A program made the position numbers and the translations under genes. Below are positions 37,843 through 51,134 of a stretch of 64,000 bases of DNA, one piece after another (positions within the stretch are counted from its first letter, which is position 1; each line of letters starts with the position of its first letter). The DNA comes from Lama guanicoe (lineage: Eukaryota). The notes under the pieces are model-generated. The model was not told the origin of the DNA, searched no databases, and saw only the letters and a program-made list of their open reading frames with translations. The stretch is taken from NCBI GenBank assembly GCA_013239625.1, contig MU053652.1:3337902-3401901 (forward strand), in the 5' to 3' direction.

Positions 37843-39422
37843 AAACAGTGGCATTTGAGCTGAGTTATGCAAGGTATGAAGGAGTTAACCATCCGAGGCA
37901 GGGTGAAAAGGTTGGAGGAAATCTGATTCTTGCCCTGAATCCCTTCTTCATTAAAGGTATTAATTCCCACTTCTGGTTGGAGACCTCCCTAAGGGTCTCC
38001 AGAGAGCACATGAGGTGCTCCAATATTTGCAAATAAAACTCCCAAACTAAATTATGTTTAATTTCCAAAAGTCCCCTTTGGGTGCTTAATGGAAATAAAT
38101 ATATCAAATGTAACCTTAAAAACAGAAATCCAAGAGTATTATCCTTCACACTACAAAAGGATTCTTTGACTAACAAGAGGATTTACCACAGTTTCTTAAC
38201 ATACCTGTCCCCCAGGACACTCAGAGTGTGATTTAATTAACACAAAACAGGCTTATCCCACCTTCCAGAAATATGTCAAATAGGTGCTTTCAAAGGAATT
38301 GAGAACTGAAAATCCAAGAAAACAATGGCCCACCAAAAGGGTCACTGCTGCTCTAAACTAGAGTTTCTAAATCAACTTCATCATGAAAAATCCCACACTG
38401 GGGCCACCCCAGCGGGCAAAGCTGTAGCTGACCAACATCTCCAATTTAGCTAATCACACCTCATGCCTTCCTCTATCATCACACATCGTATAGATTCTAA
38501 TTCTTCACAGTCATCAGTCTAATACGAAACAAACTCATCGTGGGCTGAGGCTGTGTCACATTCCTCGGTGTGACCCCAGGAACCCTGCCTACAGCCCAGG
38601 CACCTCCCAGGACCTAGTTATTAATTGATTTGTTGATCCATTCATTCTAATGACGGTCCACAGCCTGAGGGAACAAACCCTTACTTTCTAGTTCTTCATC
38701 CTTGCTTGCCTATTCCACCAACTCTGTGCATCCATCAGCTCAGAACTCCTAAATCTTTTCTCTGTCCTGCTCCCCATTTTTAGTTACCGGACCCATTTTT
38801 CACCCCCTACAGCCAGAGACCTCACATGATGTCACCCCTAAGTGCAGCCCTCCAACACCAGGGTCTTTCTTCCCCTTCCCTGGGACTGGGGTCCATTCTC
38901 AAACCTAGGCCCAGCAGTTGATGACAGGCTCTTGGGCCACCCTCCACCACATAGCTGCCTCCACCTGGCCATCTAGCTGGCCTCTTCTCTGTTGCAGTAG
39001 GTCTACCCACCTGCTTCCTCACCTACCAGGTCCAGCCACCTACCAGGGGAGCCCCCAGCTTCAGCCCATCTCCACCCAGTCCCTGAGGGAGAGAGGGTTT
39101 GCCCAGTGACATGCCCTGACCCTCAGCCCACAGCTCTCACCACCCTGTGGTTGAGAGTCTGGTCACCCAGGACCACCCAGCTGACAGCCACCCCAGACCA
39201 CAAGCCAAGAGCCTGCTCCCACAGAGGTAGAGGGCTGGCAGTGACCACTCAAGAAGCCACTTCCTACTCTTTGGAGGAAGGGCACCTGCAGGCCAAAGGG
39301 TGCAGCTGCAGCCATGGCCAGCCCCTGGGGCTAGAGAGCCACCATACAACCCTGTGAGGAATCAGTGAAGTCCTTCATTGTGTGGAGGAAAGGCAAAGGT
39401 GACCAAATACTTTCCCTGCCCG

Positions 39423-39626
39423 TGGGCCAGCAAACTCTTTCTGAAAAGGACCAAATAGTAAATATTTTAGGCTTGGAGGGGGCCCACGAGGTAAGACAGA
39501 GCAAGGTTTCTCACTGAATAACCTTTCTTATATTTAAAAATATAAAAATCATTCTTAGTTTTGGGTCTGTACAAATGTAAGTGGAGACTAGATTTGGCCT
39601 GCAGGCTGTAGTTTGCCTACCCCTGG
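39423..39626 (+). mobile_element. MER58-like hAT-Charlie element
   Basis: CAGCAAACTCTTTCTGAAAAGGACCAAATAGTAAATATTTTAGGCTT ... GCTGTAGTTTGCCTACCCCTG. Confidence 0.7.
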
Positions 39627-40508
39627 TCTAGTTGAAGAGGCATTCATTTATGAGACTATTAGAAACTATTAGAGAGTTCAAGAGAAACCAGAGGCAGGAG
39701 TTGGAATCATTGTTTAGTCAAATCCAATGATCTCCAAAGTGAAGCACTTACTCCTATTAGGGGTAAAAGAAGAAATTAATAAGGCTTCTAGGGTATATTT
39801 TTATCTCATCCTTTTTCATTTCAACTTTTGTTTGTGTTTTATAAAATACATGAGTACAACGAGATTTATACAGAATTTATATATGTATGTAATTACATAT
39901 GTTGAGTGTGACATGCTGAAATATTTTTCATTGTAGGAGTGCAGGATGAGAAAAATCTGAAGAATGCTAGTCTAATGATCTGGCACCAAATGCTCTTGAA
40001 AAGTTTCACACTGTCATGCTTTTGTTTCCATAAGTACTTCTTCTCTTACATAGTGTTGGGTGGCAAAATCTGATTTTTTTTTAATTAAAATGTATTTAAA
40101 TCAGTGTCGACAGATACAAGAGAATTTCCCTATTTTTGTAATCAGTGTACTGGGGGGGTGCTATTTGAGCACTGCCATGAGCAAGATTCTGTCTTTGGAA
40201 TCTGATGTCTGGTTGGGATTTTGAATCTTTGCTGCTCCTTTTTGTCACATAGAGTCAGAACTATCTTCCCCCATGGCAGGCCTTCGAGGTGGGGAGTAGG
40301 GGGTGGGGATGCTGCCTGCCAGTTTAGCTCCTCACCTTACTTGATCTCATCTAAACAGCACTGTTTGTACATTTTGCCCACATTTTGTAGGAAAAAAGAT
40401 GGAAATAAACATTCTGGAAACAAACAGCCTCACTTGGACATTCACTGGACTAACCCAGGTAGCTAGATATTGATTTGGGCAGAAAAAGAATAAAACTATG
40501 AAAGATAT

Positions 40509-40750
40509 TGTCAAGAGCTCTGAAAGGTCAAAATTTTTACCCTGCCTTCAAGTTAATAAGTTGGCTTGCTATTATTTCATGGATGCCAGCAGAGGATACA
40601 AAAATCCTGGGTCACAGACAAAGGACTTTATTACTTTATTTGTGCCAATTCCCTGAGCCTCATTTCCCACAAAGAGGGCCAGGTGACACCTGCCCAGGCA
40701 GTAGGCTGAATTATAGGAGAGGACTCTTGAGTGTAGGGAACCTAAAACTT
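40509..40750 (-). mobile_element. ERV1-type LTR (MER89/MER90-like), 3' half
   Basis: - strand AGTAATAAAGTCCTTTGTCTGTGACCCAGG...CTGCTGGCATCCATGAAAT...CTCTTGACA, ending in CA. Confidence 0.6.
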
Positions 40751-41486
40751 TCTCTGATTTCTATTGTTTTAAATTTGTTAATATTTTGTAATGGCCCAGA
40801 AAGCGGCCTATCCTTGTGATAGTCCATGAGTGCTTGGGAAGAATGTGTATTCTCCTGCTGTTGGGTGAAGTAGTCCATAAAAGTCAATTAGATCAAGTCA
40901 ACTGATGGTGCTAGTCAGGGCAGCTATATTCTTTCCGATTTTCTGCCTGTTTGACCTAAATATTACTGAAAGAAGGGTGTTGAAATCTCCAACCAGATAG
41001 CAGATTTGTCTGTTTCTCCTTGCAGTTACATGAGTTCTTGCCTCATGAATTCTAACACTCTGTTGTTAAGTGTAAACATGCTAAGAATTGTTATATATTA
41101 TTGGAGAATTAAATCCTTTATTGTAATGTAATATTCCTCTTTAATCTTCATAATTTCCCCTTTTCTGAAGCCTACGTTGTCTGAAATTAAGATAGCTACT
41201 ACAACTTTTTTTTGATTAGTGTTAGCATGGAATAGCTTCCTCCATCACTTCACTTTGAATATATCTCATCTTTATATTTAAAGTGGGTTTCCTGTAGACA
41301 CCCTAATAGTTGGGTCTTCTTATCCAGTCTGAAAATCTCGGTCTTTTAACTGATGTTTTTAGACCATTCACATTTAAATTTATTACTGATATAGCTGGAG
41401 TAATATCTACCATGTTTGTAACTGATTTCTATTTATTATATATGTTTTTGTTTCTTTTGTTCCCCTCTTCTGCCCTCTTTGGTTTT

Positions 41487-43132
41487 TTTTTTAAACTTTT
41501 TTTATTGAGTTATAGTCATTTTACAATGTTGTGTCAAATTCCAGCGTAGAGCACAATTTTTCAGTTATACATGAATATAAGTATATTGTCATGTTTTTTT
41601 TTCACTGTGAGCTACCACAAGATCTTGTATATATTTCCCTGTGCTATACAGTATAATCTTGTTTATCTATTCTACATATGCCTGTCAGTATCTACAAATT
41701 TTGAACTCCCAGTCTACCCCTTACCACCCCCCACCCCCTTGGCAACCACAAGTTTGTATTCTGTCTATGAGTCTGTTTCTGTTTTGTATTTATGTTCTTT
41801 TTTTTTTTCAGATTCCACATATGAGCGATCTCCTATGGTATTTTTCTTTCTCTTTCTGGCTTACTTCACTTAGAATGACATTCTCCAGGAACATCCAAAT
41901 CTGCTGCAAATGGCATTATGTTGTCATTTTTATGGCTGAGTAGTATTCCATTGTATAAATATACCACATCTTCTTTATCCAGTCATCTGTTGTTGGACAT
42001 TTAGGCTTTTTCCATGTCTTGGCTATTGTAAATCCTGCTGCTATGAACACTGGGGTGCAGGTGTCTTTTTGAAGTAGAGTTCCTTCTGGATATATGCCCA
42101 GGAGCAGGATTACTGGGTCATATGGTAAGTCTATTCCTAGTCTTTTGAGGAATCTCCATACTGTTTTCCGCAGTGGCTGCACCAAAGTGCATTCCCACCA
42201 GCAGTGTTGGAGGGTTCCCTTTTCTCCACAGCCTCTCCAGCATTTGTCATTTGTGGACTTTTGAATGATGGCCATTCTGACTGGTGTGAGGTGATAACTC
42301 ATTGTAGTTTTGATTTGCAGTTCTCTGGTAATTAGTGATATTGAGCATTTTTCATGTGCCTATTGATCATTTGTACGTCTTCCTTGGAGAATTGCTTGTT
42401 TAGGTCTTCTGCCCATTTTTGGATTGAGTTGTTTGTTTTCTTCTTATTAAGTCGTATGAGCTGCTTATATATTCTGGAGATCAAGCTTTTGTCGGTTTCA
42501 TTTGCAAAAATTTTCTCCCATTCTGTAGGTTGTCACTCTGTTTTACTTATGGTTTCCTTTGCTGTGCCGAAGCTTGTAAGTTTAATTAGGTCCCATCTAT
42601 TTATCTTTGCTTTTATTTCTATTGCTTGGGTAGACTGCCCTAGGAGAACATTTTTGAGATGTATGTCAGATAATGTTTTGCCTATATTTTCTTCTAGGTT
42701 TATTGTATCTTGTCTTATGTTTAAGTCTTTGATCCACTTTGAGTTTATTTTTGTGTATGGTGTAAGGGAGTGTTCTAGCTTCATTGATTTACATGCTGCT
42801 GTTCAGTTTTCCCAAACACCATTTGCTGAAGAGACTATCTTTATTCCATTGTATATTCTTGCCTCCTTTATTGAAGATTAGTTGACCAAAAGTTTGTGGG
42901 TTTATTTCTGGGCTCTCTATTCTGTTCCATTGGTCCATATGTCTGTCTGTTTTTTGTACCAATACCATGGTGTTTTGATTACTGTAGCTCTATAGTATTG
43001 TCTGAAGTCTGGGAGAGTTATTCCTCCAGCCTTTTTTTTCTTCAGTAACATTTTGGCAATTCTAGTTCTTCTGTGGTTCCATATAAATTTTATTATGATT
43101 TGTTCTAGTTCTGTGAAGTATGTTCTGGGTTT
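41487..43132 (-). mobile_element. Young 5'-truncated L1 (ORF2 C-terminus, 3'UTR, poly-A)
   Basis: ORFs 41916-42302 ([18 protein letters not shown] zinc knuckle) and 42533-42784 ([15 protein letters not shown]); AATAAA and poly-A at the left end; TSD CCCTCTTTGGTTTT (41473-41486) / CCCTCTCTGGTTTT (43133-43146); TT|AAAA endonuclease site. Confidence 0.92.
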
Positions 43133-44028
43133 CCCTCTCTGGTTTTAATTGAGCATTTCTAACAATTCCATTTTACCTTCTCCCTTGGCATATCAAGTAT
43201 ACTTCTTTTAAAATTATTTTAGTAATTGCCCTAGAGTTTGCAATGTACACTTTTAACTAATCTATGTCTGCCTTCAAACAACACTATACTACTTCACACG
43301 TGGTATAGGTACCTTAGAGTATGTCCATTTCCTTCCTCTTACCCTTTTAACATTGCTGAAATACTGTATATTTCACTTATCCATAAACTATAATCTCATT
43401 GTTATTTGCTATTTTTAAACAGTTGTCTTTCAGATAAATTAAGAAAAATAAAAATAAAATACTTACTTTACCTTCATTTATTCCTTCCTTTCCCTTCTTT
43501 ATATAAAAACAAAATTTTGACCTATGTTATTTTCCTACTCCCTGAAGAACTTCTCTTAATATTTCCTGCAGAGCAGGTCTGCCGGGATGAATTCCTTCAG
43601 ATTTTGTTTGTCTGAGAAAGCATTTCTTCTTCACTCTTTTTTTAAAATGTAGACATTTATTTATTACTGTATCTTATTATATACGTTTCAGGTGTATAGC
43701 ATAATTCAACATCTGTATACACTACAAAATGATTATCACCACAAGTCTAGTTACCATCCATCACCATACAGTTGCTCCCCCTTCCCCTCATTTTGCCCAC
43801 CCCTCAGGCCCCTTCCTCTTGGGTAACCACTAATCTGATCTCTGTATCTATGAACTTCCTTTTGTTTTGCTCTGTTTGTTCATTTTTTATTTTTTTAGAT
43901 TCCACATATGCGTGAAATCACATGATATTTATCTTTCTCTGATTGACTTATTTCATAATACCTTAAGGTCCATCAATGTTGTTTCAAATGGCAGGATTTC
44001 ATTCTTTTTTATGTCTGAGTAGTATTCC

Positions 44029-44031
<3 letters not shown>

Positions 44032-44059
<28 letters not shown>
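44032..44059 (+). repeat. (AC)14 microsatellite inside L1
   Basis: Perfect AC run. Confidence 0.95.
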
Positions 44060-44164
44060 CTTCTTTATCCATTCATCCATCCATCGATGGACACTTAGGT
44101 TGTTTCCTTATCCTGGCTATTGTAAATAATGCTGTAATGAACATAGGAGTGCATTTATATTTTT

Positions 44165-44208
44165 TTAACATTTTTTATTGATTTATAATCATTTTACAAT
44201 GTTGTGTA
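44165..44208 (-). mobile_element. ~45-nt extreme 5'-truncated young L1 tail
   Basis: Matches 41490-41534; flanked by a perfect 13-nt direct repeat CATTTATATTTTT (44152-44164, 44209-44221). Confidence 0.8.
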
Positions 44209-45450
44209 CATTTATATTTTTGAGTTAATGTTTTTATGTTCTTTGGATAAATACCCAGAAGTGAAATAGCCAGTCAAATGGTTGTTCTATTCTTAATTTT
44301 TTAAGAAACCTCCACATTGTCTTCCATGGTGGCAGCACCAATTTACAATCCCACCAACAGTGTATAACAGTTCCCTTTTCTCCACATCTACAACATTTTT
44401 TATTTCTTGTCTTTTCAATAATAGCCATTCTGACAGGTGTGAGTTGATCTCTCATTGTGGTTTTTATTTGAATTTCACTAATAATTAGTGATGTTGAACA
44501 TCTTTTCATGTGTCTGTTGGCCATCTGTATGTCTTCTTTGGAAAAATGTCTATTTAGATTCTATGCCAATTTTTTAATCAAAGTCATTTTTTGTTGTTGT
44601 TGTTAAGTTTTATGAGTTCTTTATATTTTTTTGGATATTAGCTCTTTATCAGATATATATTTGCAAATACCTTTTCCTAGCCAATATTCATTTTGATGAT
44701 GATTTCCTTTGATGTACAGAAGCTTTTTAGTTTGATATAGTCCCATTTATTTATTTTTGCTCATTTCCCTTGCCTTTGGAGTTGGATCCACAAAAACATC
44801 ACTAAGATGCCAGAGAGGCTACCACCTATGTTTTCCTCAAGGAATTTTATGGTTTCAGGTCTTACATTCAAGTCTTTAATCCATTTTGAGTGAATTTTTG
44901 TGTATAGTGTAAGATAGTGGTCTCATTTCATGTTTTAGTATGTAGCTGTCCCATTTTCCCAACACTATTTATCAAAGAGACTATCCTTTTTCCATTGTAG
45001 GTTCTTTGCTCCTTTGTCATAAATTATCCATGTATATGAAGGTTTATTTTTCTGGGCTCTCAATTCTGTTCCATTTTCTGTGCATCTGTTTTTGCCAGTA
45101 CAATACTGTTTTGATTACTAAAGCTTTGCAGTATAGTTTTCAATTGGGGAGCATGATACCTCCAGCTATGTTCCTCTTCCTTAAGATTGTTTTGGCTATT
45201 TAAGTCTCCTTCAATCTGGAAGGATAATCCCACTGGGTAGGAATTCTTGGTTTGTGGTTTTTGTTTTCAATACTTTCAGTATTTCACCCCACTCTCTTCT
45301 TGCTTGCACAGTGTCTGACAAGAAGTCCACTGTAATTCTTATGCTTGTTTCTCTAAAAGTAGTAAGATGACATTTCCCCCTCTGGCTTCATTCAAGATTT
45401 TCTCTTTGTCTCTATTTTTCTGCAATTTGAATATTTTTAATTTTATTTTT

Positions 45451-45612
45451 ATTATACTGAACAGTAAACAAATCTGCCCTTCACTCCAGAGAGAACATTA
45501 TCTTTGTCTTCCAAAGCTATTTATTGTTCTAACATCCTAGAAAAAATAAACTGAAACTGGAATAATCTGGATGTGCTGAAACATAAGAGATCCATGGAGT
45601 ATTTATCCATGT
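45451..45612 (-). mobile_element. ERV1-type LTR (MER89/MER90-like), 5' half
   Basis: - strand CTCCATGGATCTCTTATGTTTCAGCACATC...GCTTTGGAAGACAAAGATAATGTTCTCTCTGGAGTGAAGGGCAGATTTGTTTACTG. Confidence 0.55.
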
Positions 45613-45651
45613 ATAAAACACTGGGGAAATGGTACTGGAAATTAGGTTTAA

Positions 45652-46020
45652 AGTAGTTTCCTCAGCCTTGGTTGTCCATTAGTATCACCTGAGCAGATCT
45701 TTACAAACCAATGTCCACAGATTCTGTTTTAATTGGTCTGGGATGGAACCCAAGCATCAGTAGTCTGCAAAAGCTCCCAGATGATTCTAATGTATACCCA
45801 ACATAGAGAACACCTGTCTAAAAGATGATGTGGTGAGGTGTAATTGGTAATATATTTTAGCTCAGTGCTTCCCCAACTTTGCTGGGCATGTAATTCACAT
45901 ACTTGGAACTCATGTTCAGTGCAGATTCTGATTCAGCAGGTCTGGAGGGGCGCCAGAGATTCTTTCAGACAAGCTTCCTGGTATACGGCCTGATGCTGTC
46001 ATTTGACTTTAAGTAGAAAG
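45652..46020 (+). mobile_element. Two adjacent MER5-type hAT elements
   Basis: GATTCTGTTTTAATTGGTCTGGGATGG...AGCTCCCAGATGATTCTAATGT and CAGATTCTGATTCAGCAGGTCTGGAG. Confidence 0.6.
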
Positions 46021-49000
46021 GTTTTGGCTCACTGAGAATACAGTAATTATAATCTGTTTCTACTCCTAAACTTTCATATACATACATGTTCAGGAACTTA
46101 CCATGTGTGAAAGAAGACAGCCTGACTCTGGAAGATAGTTTAGCAGGAAGAGTGAAGACTATCCTCTCCCGGGACCACAGAAATACCTTGGGTGTTCAGG
46201 TCTTGAGAAATGTGACAGACACTTCAGGGTGTTCAAAACAAAACAAAACAAAAAAGAAACAAACAAACAAACAAAAAACAGATTTAGAACACAGGGCCAT
46301 TAAATCCTAAGTAACAGTTTCACTCTGAACCTTACATTGCTCAAATACTGATGACGGTAATAGTTGAGGAAGAGTCCACAATTTGGAACCAAAAGTGTCA
46401 GAAAAATAAAAAGTAAAATCCTGACATTACTAGAGCAAAAGGTTTGAGCAACTCAGGAAAACACTCTTCAACTTGCTATTATTTCTACTTCTATTGGGAG
46501 TAAGGAAAATCATCTCTGGACTGCCTCCTCTCAATTGTCTGGTTTAATTTCCAAAGGTCGTGATACCACTGGCCTCTGAGACTGCAGAGCTGGCACCTGG
46601 ATCCTTCCACCACGCTGCAGCTCTGGCAAAGAATAGGAAGTAAACACCATTTTCCAGGGCCAGTGCTATTCATTACCAGGCCTTCCCCTGCCTAGCAATT
46701 TGTCTACTTTCCAGCTTGAACAAATAACTTTCTGGCTACATGAGTCCCTCATTTGTTTTCCTGAGTAAATGGAAAGCTCCTAGACCACCTGCCAGGCACC
46801 AGGGAGCCTGGAGGACGTAAAGGAACATGCCTGTTAGATATTTATCCTATTGATGGCCCTGGGGCAGGAACGGGGTTGTGGGTGGTGGCGGAGATCTGAT
46901 GCCTTCTTCTTTGACATGCCTCCTTAACAAGTTAATACCTGTCCACCACCAGCTGCCTCTGGAAGCATTTTAGAAATATCACTTCACAATGATGAGACAG
47001 GTCATCCTTTCTTTCCCACTGGGCCTGACTTCTCTGAGTTTTCTAATACAGATTTGCTGAAATTCAAGCAGAAGGTCTTTACTTTCCCTGACCTCTGTAC
47101 TTCTTACATCCATCAGAAAAGAATAATACCATGGCCAAGGTACTCAGAGCTGAGGAAGGGAGATTGCCTCAGCCAGTTAGCTAGGTGGATCACATGTGAA
47201 ACTGACACCGCTGCAGGTGTCACCAATTAGCGCTTAGGTGCTGCAGATCCAAAATAAATAAAACCTTGGCTCTGCCCTTGAGCGAATCATAAACCCAAAA
47301 TCTGGGTTAATGGTTTTCTAAGGTTAGGCCAAGTTGTTTAAATACTCAAACAGAATGTATCTATTTGTTTGTTGAGAGCAGTGGACATTTCATCATCCAA
47401 GGTTTCAAGCAGCTAATGGTTAAAGATGGGAGTAGGTGGTTCTTTGGGTTGTTTAATCCCTGTTCAAGGGCATGAAGTCCCCAAAGGATAGAAATAAGAG
47501 TCTTTGGTCCATTCCAGGTATTTTGTAATAATTAAAATAGTGCCCCAATTCTCCCTTGATGACAATGCTGGGCCATAGGAACCACCCAATGCCCCTCAAT
47601 CATGGCCATTATCAGCTAGCAATGGCAGCCAGAGAGGGAGACCTGGCTCCTGTTTCCTCCCTAAATTCCCTCTCACTACTGCAAATCTGGAAACTCAAAG
47701 GTTTCAGGGGCCAGGCTGTGAGACCAAAGGGACTGGAGGAACTCTGCACTTTAAACGCATTCAAATTGCCTTCTCAGAAATAATCTGTAGAGCTGGCGTT
47801 GAGACTCTACTTCACCTCTTCCATTTATCTACGTTTGGACATGTTACTTCACTTCTTTAATTTTTTGACTCCTCATCAGTTAAACAGGGATAATAATACC
47901 CATCCTGCACATATCCCCAGGTGGTTGTGATAATTTAATTATCCAATATCTGAAAAAGCATTTTAAAACTGTAAATCATTACAAAAATGTAAGCAATTTA
48001 ACCAATATCAAGTCTTGCTTATCTCTGAAGGTCTAATTTATACTCTGTTTCTCTTAGAACTTTGGGACATACATTCCAATCTATTTTCCAGAATTCCACT
48101 GATAATATTTGTTGGAAAAGTACTCTTTTTCTGCTGCCCTAACTTGTTGGGAGTATGGCTTTTGTGATCATTAACTTGCTGCCCTGCAGCAAGTCAAATC
48201 AACAAATATTTACTAGCTGCTGAGCTCAGCCTTGTAGGAGATACAAAAAACTATGAAATTCACTTTCTGCATTAAAGGAGTAAATTGCCCAGCAGCACCA
48301 CGGTACCCACATATTCTAGAAAAGGAAAAAACTGCCTGTGCTCTCTGGATGCCCCCAATACACCTGGAGCTTTACTTCAAATATAAGAAACAGCTGGTGT
48401 TCATGATTTAAGGCTCAATGCAAATAGTAGAGAGAATTTATTTTACAAGCTGGCTGGTTTGGCAAAATTCCAGAATTCATCAAATAGAAAGATAAGGATG
48501 ATGATGATAATGATAAAAATGGTTCTTCAGAGTTGGTCTTAAGATAGTGATATAAAAGAAGTGCAGTCTATATAGGACATTCCAAAGCTGGAACATACCC
48601 TCAACTTCACCCAAAATAGACCTATGGCAGGCAGGGCCTTCCCAGCACCTGTAAAAATCAAAGGTGACCCTATATACTTGATGTAGTTGTGTTTGGAAGC
48701 TGGACCTGTGATGGTTTCAGGCAATGTTCCTTCCATTAGTCAAATAAAAGGGCATCAATATCTGTTTAACATGGGAAAGTTCCTAGAGAAAGAATCTCAA
48801 TATTAAAAATGACAGCATTCAACTAGTGCTTTTCTGTGAACTGTTTAGGTCTTTGTCATTGTCTTGAGTCTAAAGAAAATAAGGCTTCTATTAAGGGAAA
48901 ATGCCAATGTTCTCACTCATAAATGAATTTTCACCACTTGGTGAGAATAATAATTCAAGCTAATACATAATGAGTACTTCTGCCAGGTAAGGTGCTGAGT

Positions 49001-50344
49001 ACTTTAATAATTAGTTTACTGAATTCTCTTGATAAGCTATTGTAAATATGATCATTATTCTCATTTTAAAGATGATGAAACTGGGGCTCCCAGAGGTTAC
49101 ATCACGGCTCAAGGTCACATGGCTAAGTGAAGAAGGTGGGCTATTTTGTTGCTCCTCACTATTTGTAACCCAGACAGAAGTGGATGTGGTCTGTCTTTCA
49201 GTCCCCAGGTGGTCTTAGTTCAACAAGTGGCTCTGGTTTCAAGTGGGCAACACACTGATGACAGCTAATCCCATCCAGAGTCATGGACCGTATCCCTCAC
49301 CCTATCAGCTACTTCACGAAAGGTCTTCTTTTGGTCCCTAAAAGGATTGGGTATAAGACCAGGAAATGGCTCAGCAAACCCCCTGCCCAGTACCACAAAG
49401 AAGAAAACTCAAAATACATTTTTCTATTATCAGTGGACTGTCCCTTTTCCATCCTCTGGTGTTCTTAATAATGGAAAATTCCATGGAAACTAGTTTGATG
49501 AGGTATGAGAGCCTTTCAAACTGAAATGTGTTTCAGACATTTAAGTTGTGTTCATGAATGTTTACGACTCAGATTTTCTCTTTTTCAGTGGGGTCTTCAC
49601 TTACAGAAGACATTATTTGTCTTGAGCAAGAAACCTACTAGTCTTGAGATTTGCCACCTGTAAAATGTGGATAATAACATTCAGCCCACATTTTCCACGT
49701 CGTTTTGGGGAGTACAAACAGAATACAAAGAAGAGAGGTAAGACTAATTTTATAATACAAGCCATCTCCTCTAACATTCCCAATCCAGAGGCCCCACCAC
49801 CACCCATCACTCTCCTGACAGCGGCCAGGTTTTTGTTTTTTTATAGCAGCTCTCATTACCCAAATTAAAAATTTTGATTGTTTACTCATTTCCTGTCTTT
49901 CCAACTACAATGAAATTCCATGCAAGAAGGGATTTTTTTCTTCTTGTTTGCCATTGCATTGCCAGTATCTAAAGCTGTTCATGGCACACATTAGACTCTC
50001 AATAAATGCGTGCTGAATAGTAAAACCTTTTTTAAAAAAAAAAATCTGTATCTTTGTAAACACTTTTAAAATTGGATTTCAGGACCACAGAAATAGATTA
50101 ATTGTAATTCTTGGTTAATGGCACGCTCATCATTGATCCTTACATGGCCTTCTTTTGTTATTTATTTAGCTGTTGAATTAGACTTATTAAAATCAGGTAA
50201 TAAATATCCAAAAAAAAAAAAAACCCAGACCCTAAAACAAAACTAAGGTCCTTCATCTCACTATAGGGCCCTGATTCTTATCTCATCCCCTAGCCTCTCC
50301 CCATCTAAGGTAATCATCACTCAGAAGCCCAGGTTCTTCGTTTC

Positions 50345-50750
50345 CCTAGAAGCAGAGCCTAAGATGGGATTCTTGCTTAGGTGATTTACTGAGGGAATTC
50401 TCAGCAGAAGGGGAGTCTGGGAAGCAGGGCGGGATGGGGGGAAAAGCTAAGCAAGGATGTATAATTTACTGGAGACTGGATTCAAAGTTCTGGAGCATAC
50501 ACTGCACCACAGCATTGACTCTACCTTGAAGCAAAAGGCTAGCTGTTTGTACCTCCAAGTCAGGCAGTCATCGGGTAACATTTGGGGAGGTAATAAAGAG
50601 AAGGCAGGTGCATAGCTTCCTGGGTGAGGCAGCCCCTGTTTGGCTAAAGGCAATTCTCAGAGAAGGATGGGGCTTTAGATTGGTTGACAGCCAACACTCA
50701 TAGCAGCTGGGGATGAGTGCTCTTGACCAGGAAAAAAGGTCTGCACATGT
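50345..50750. mobile_element. MaLR (MLT1-type) LTR relic
   Basis: AGAAGCAGAGCCTAAGATGGGATTCTTGCTTAGGTGATTTACTGAGGGA ... GGGCAATTCTCAGAGAAGG. Confidence 0.55.
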
Positions 50751-50771
50751 CTACTATATCTTGCTTCCCTT

Positions 50772-51134
50772 ATCCCTGCTCCCCTTGTCTATTGAGGTAT
50801 AGCTGATTTGCAATATTATTTAAGTTACAGGTGTATAACACAGTGAGTCACAATTTTTAAAGATTATACTCCATTTATAGTTATTATAAAATATTGGCTA
50901 TCTTCCTTGTGTTGTACAATATATCCTTGTAGCTTATTTATTTTATACATAATAGTTTGTACTGCTTAATCCCCTACCCCCTTTCCCTCTCCCCACTGGT
51001 AACCACTAGTTTGTTCTCTGTGTCTGTGAGTCTGTTCCTTTTTGTTATATTTACCAGTTTGTTTTACTTTTTTGATTCCACATTTAAGTTAAAGTATACA
51101 GTATTTGTCATTCTCTGCCTGACTTATTTCATTA
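50772..51134 (-). mobile_element. 5'-truncated L1 3' end
   Basis: CCCACTGGTAACCACTAGTTTGTTCTCTGTGTCTGTGAGTCTG (antisense of the 28.1-kb motif); flanking repeat TTGCTTCCCTT at 50761-50771 and 51135-51145. Confidence 0.8.

Larger units (their letters stand above)
43638..45204 (-). mobile_element. Intermediate-age 5'-truncated L1 (ORF2 C-terminus, 3'UTR)
   Basis: ORF 44234-44524 ([15 protein letters not shown]...[17 protein letters not shown]); degenerate TSD TCTTCTTCACTCT (43625-43637) / TCTCCTTCAATCT (45205-45217). Confidence 0.85.
40755..45450 (-). mobile_element. Old L1M fragment (endonuclease/inter-ORF region) hosting two younger L1 insertions
   Basis: GAAGAATGTGTATTCTCCTGCTGTTGGGTGAAGT...GTGTTGAAATCTCCAAC; host sequence resumes at 43147-43637 and 45218-45450. 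Confidence 0.7.

Noticed and set aside
41916..42881. Protein-like ORFs with a CCHC motif
   Set aside because: Fragments of L1 ORF2 (and its antisense frame) in a 5'-truncated, frameshifted copy, not a host gene.
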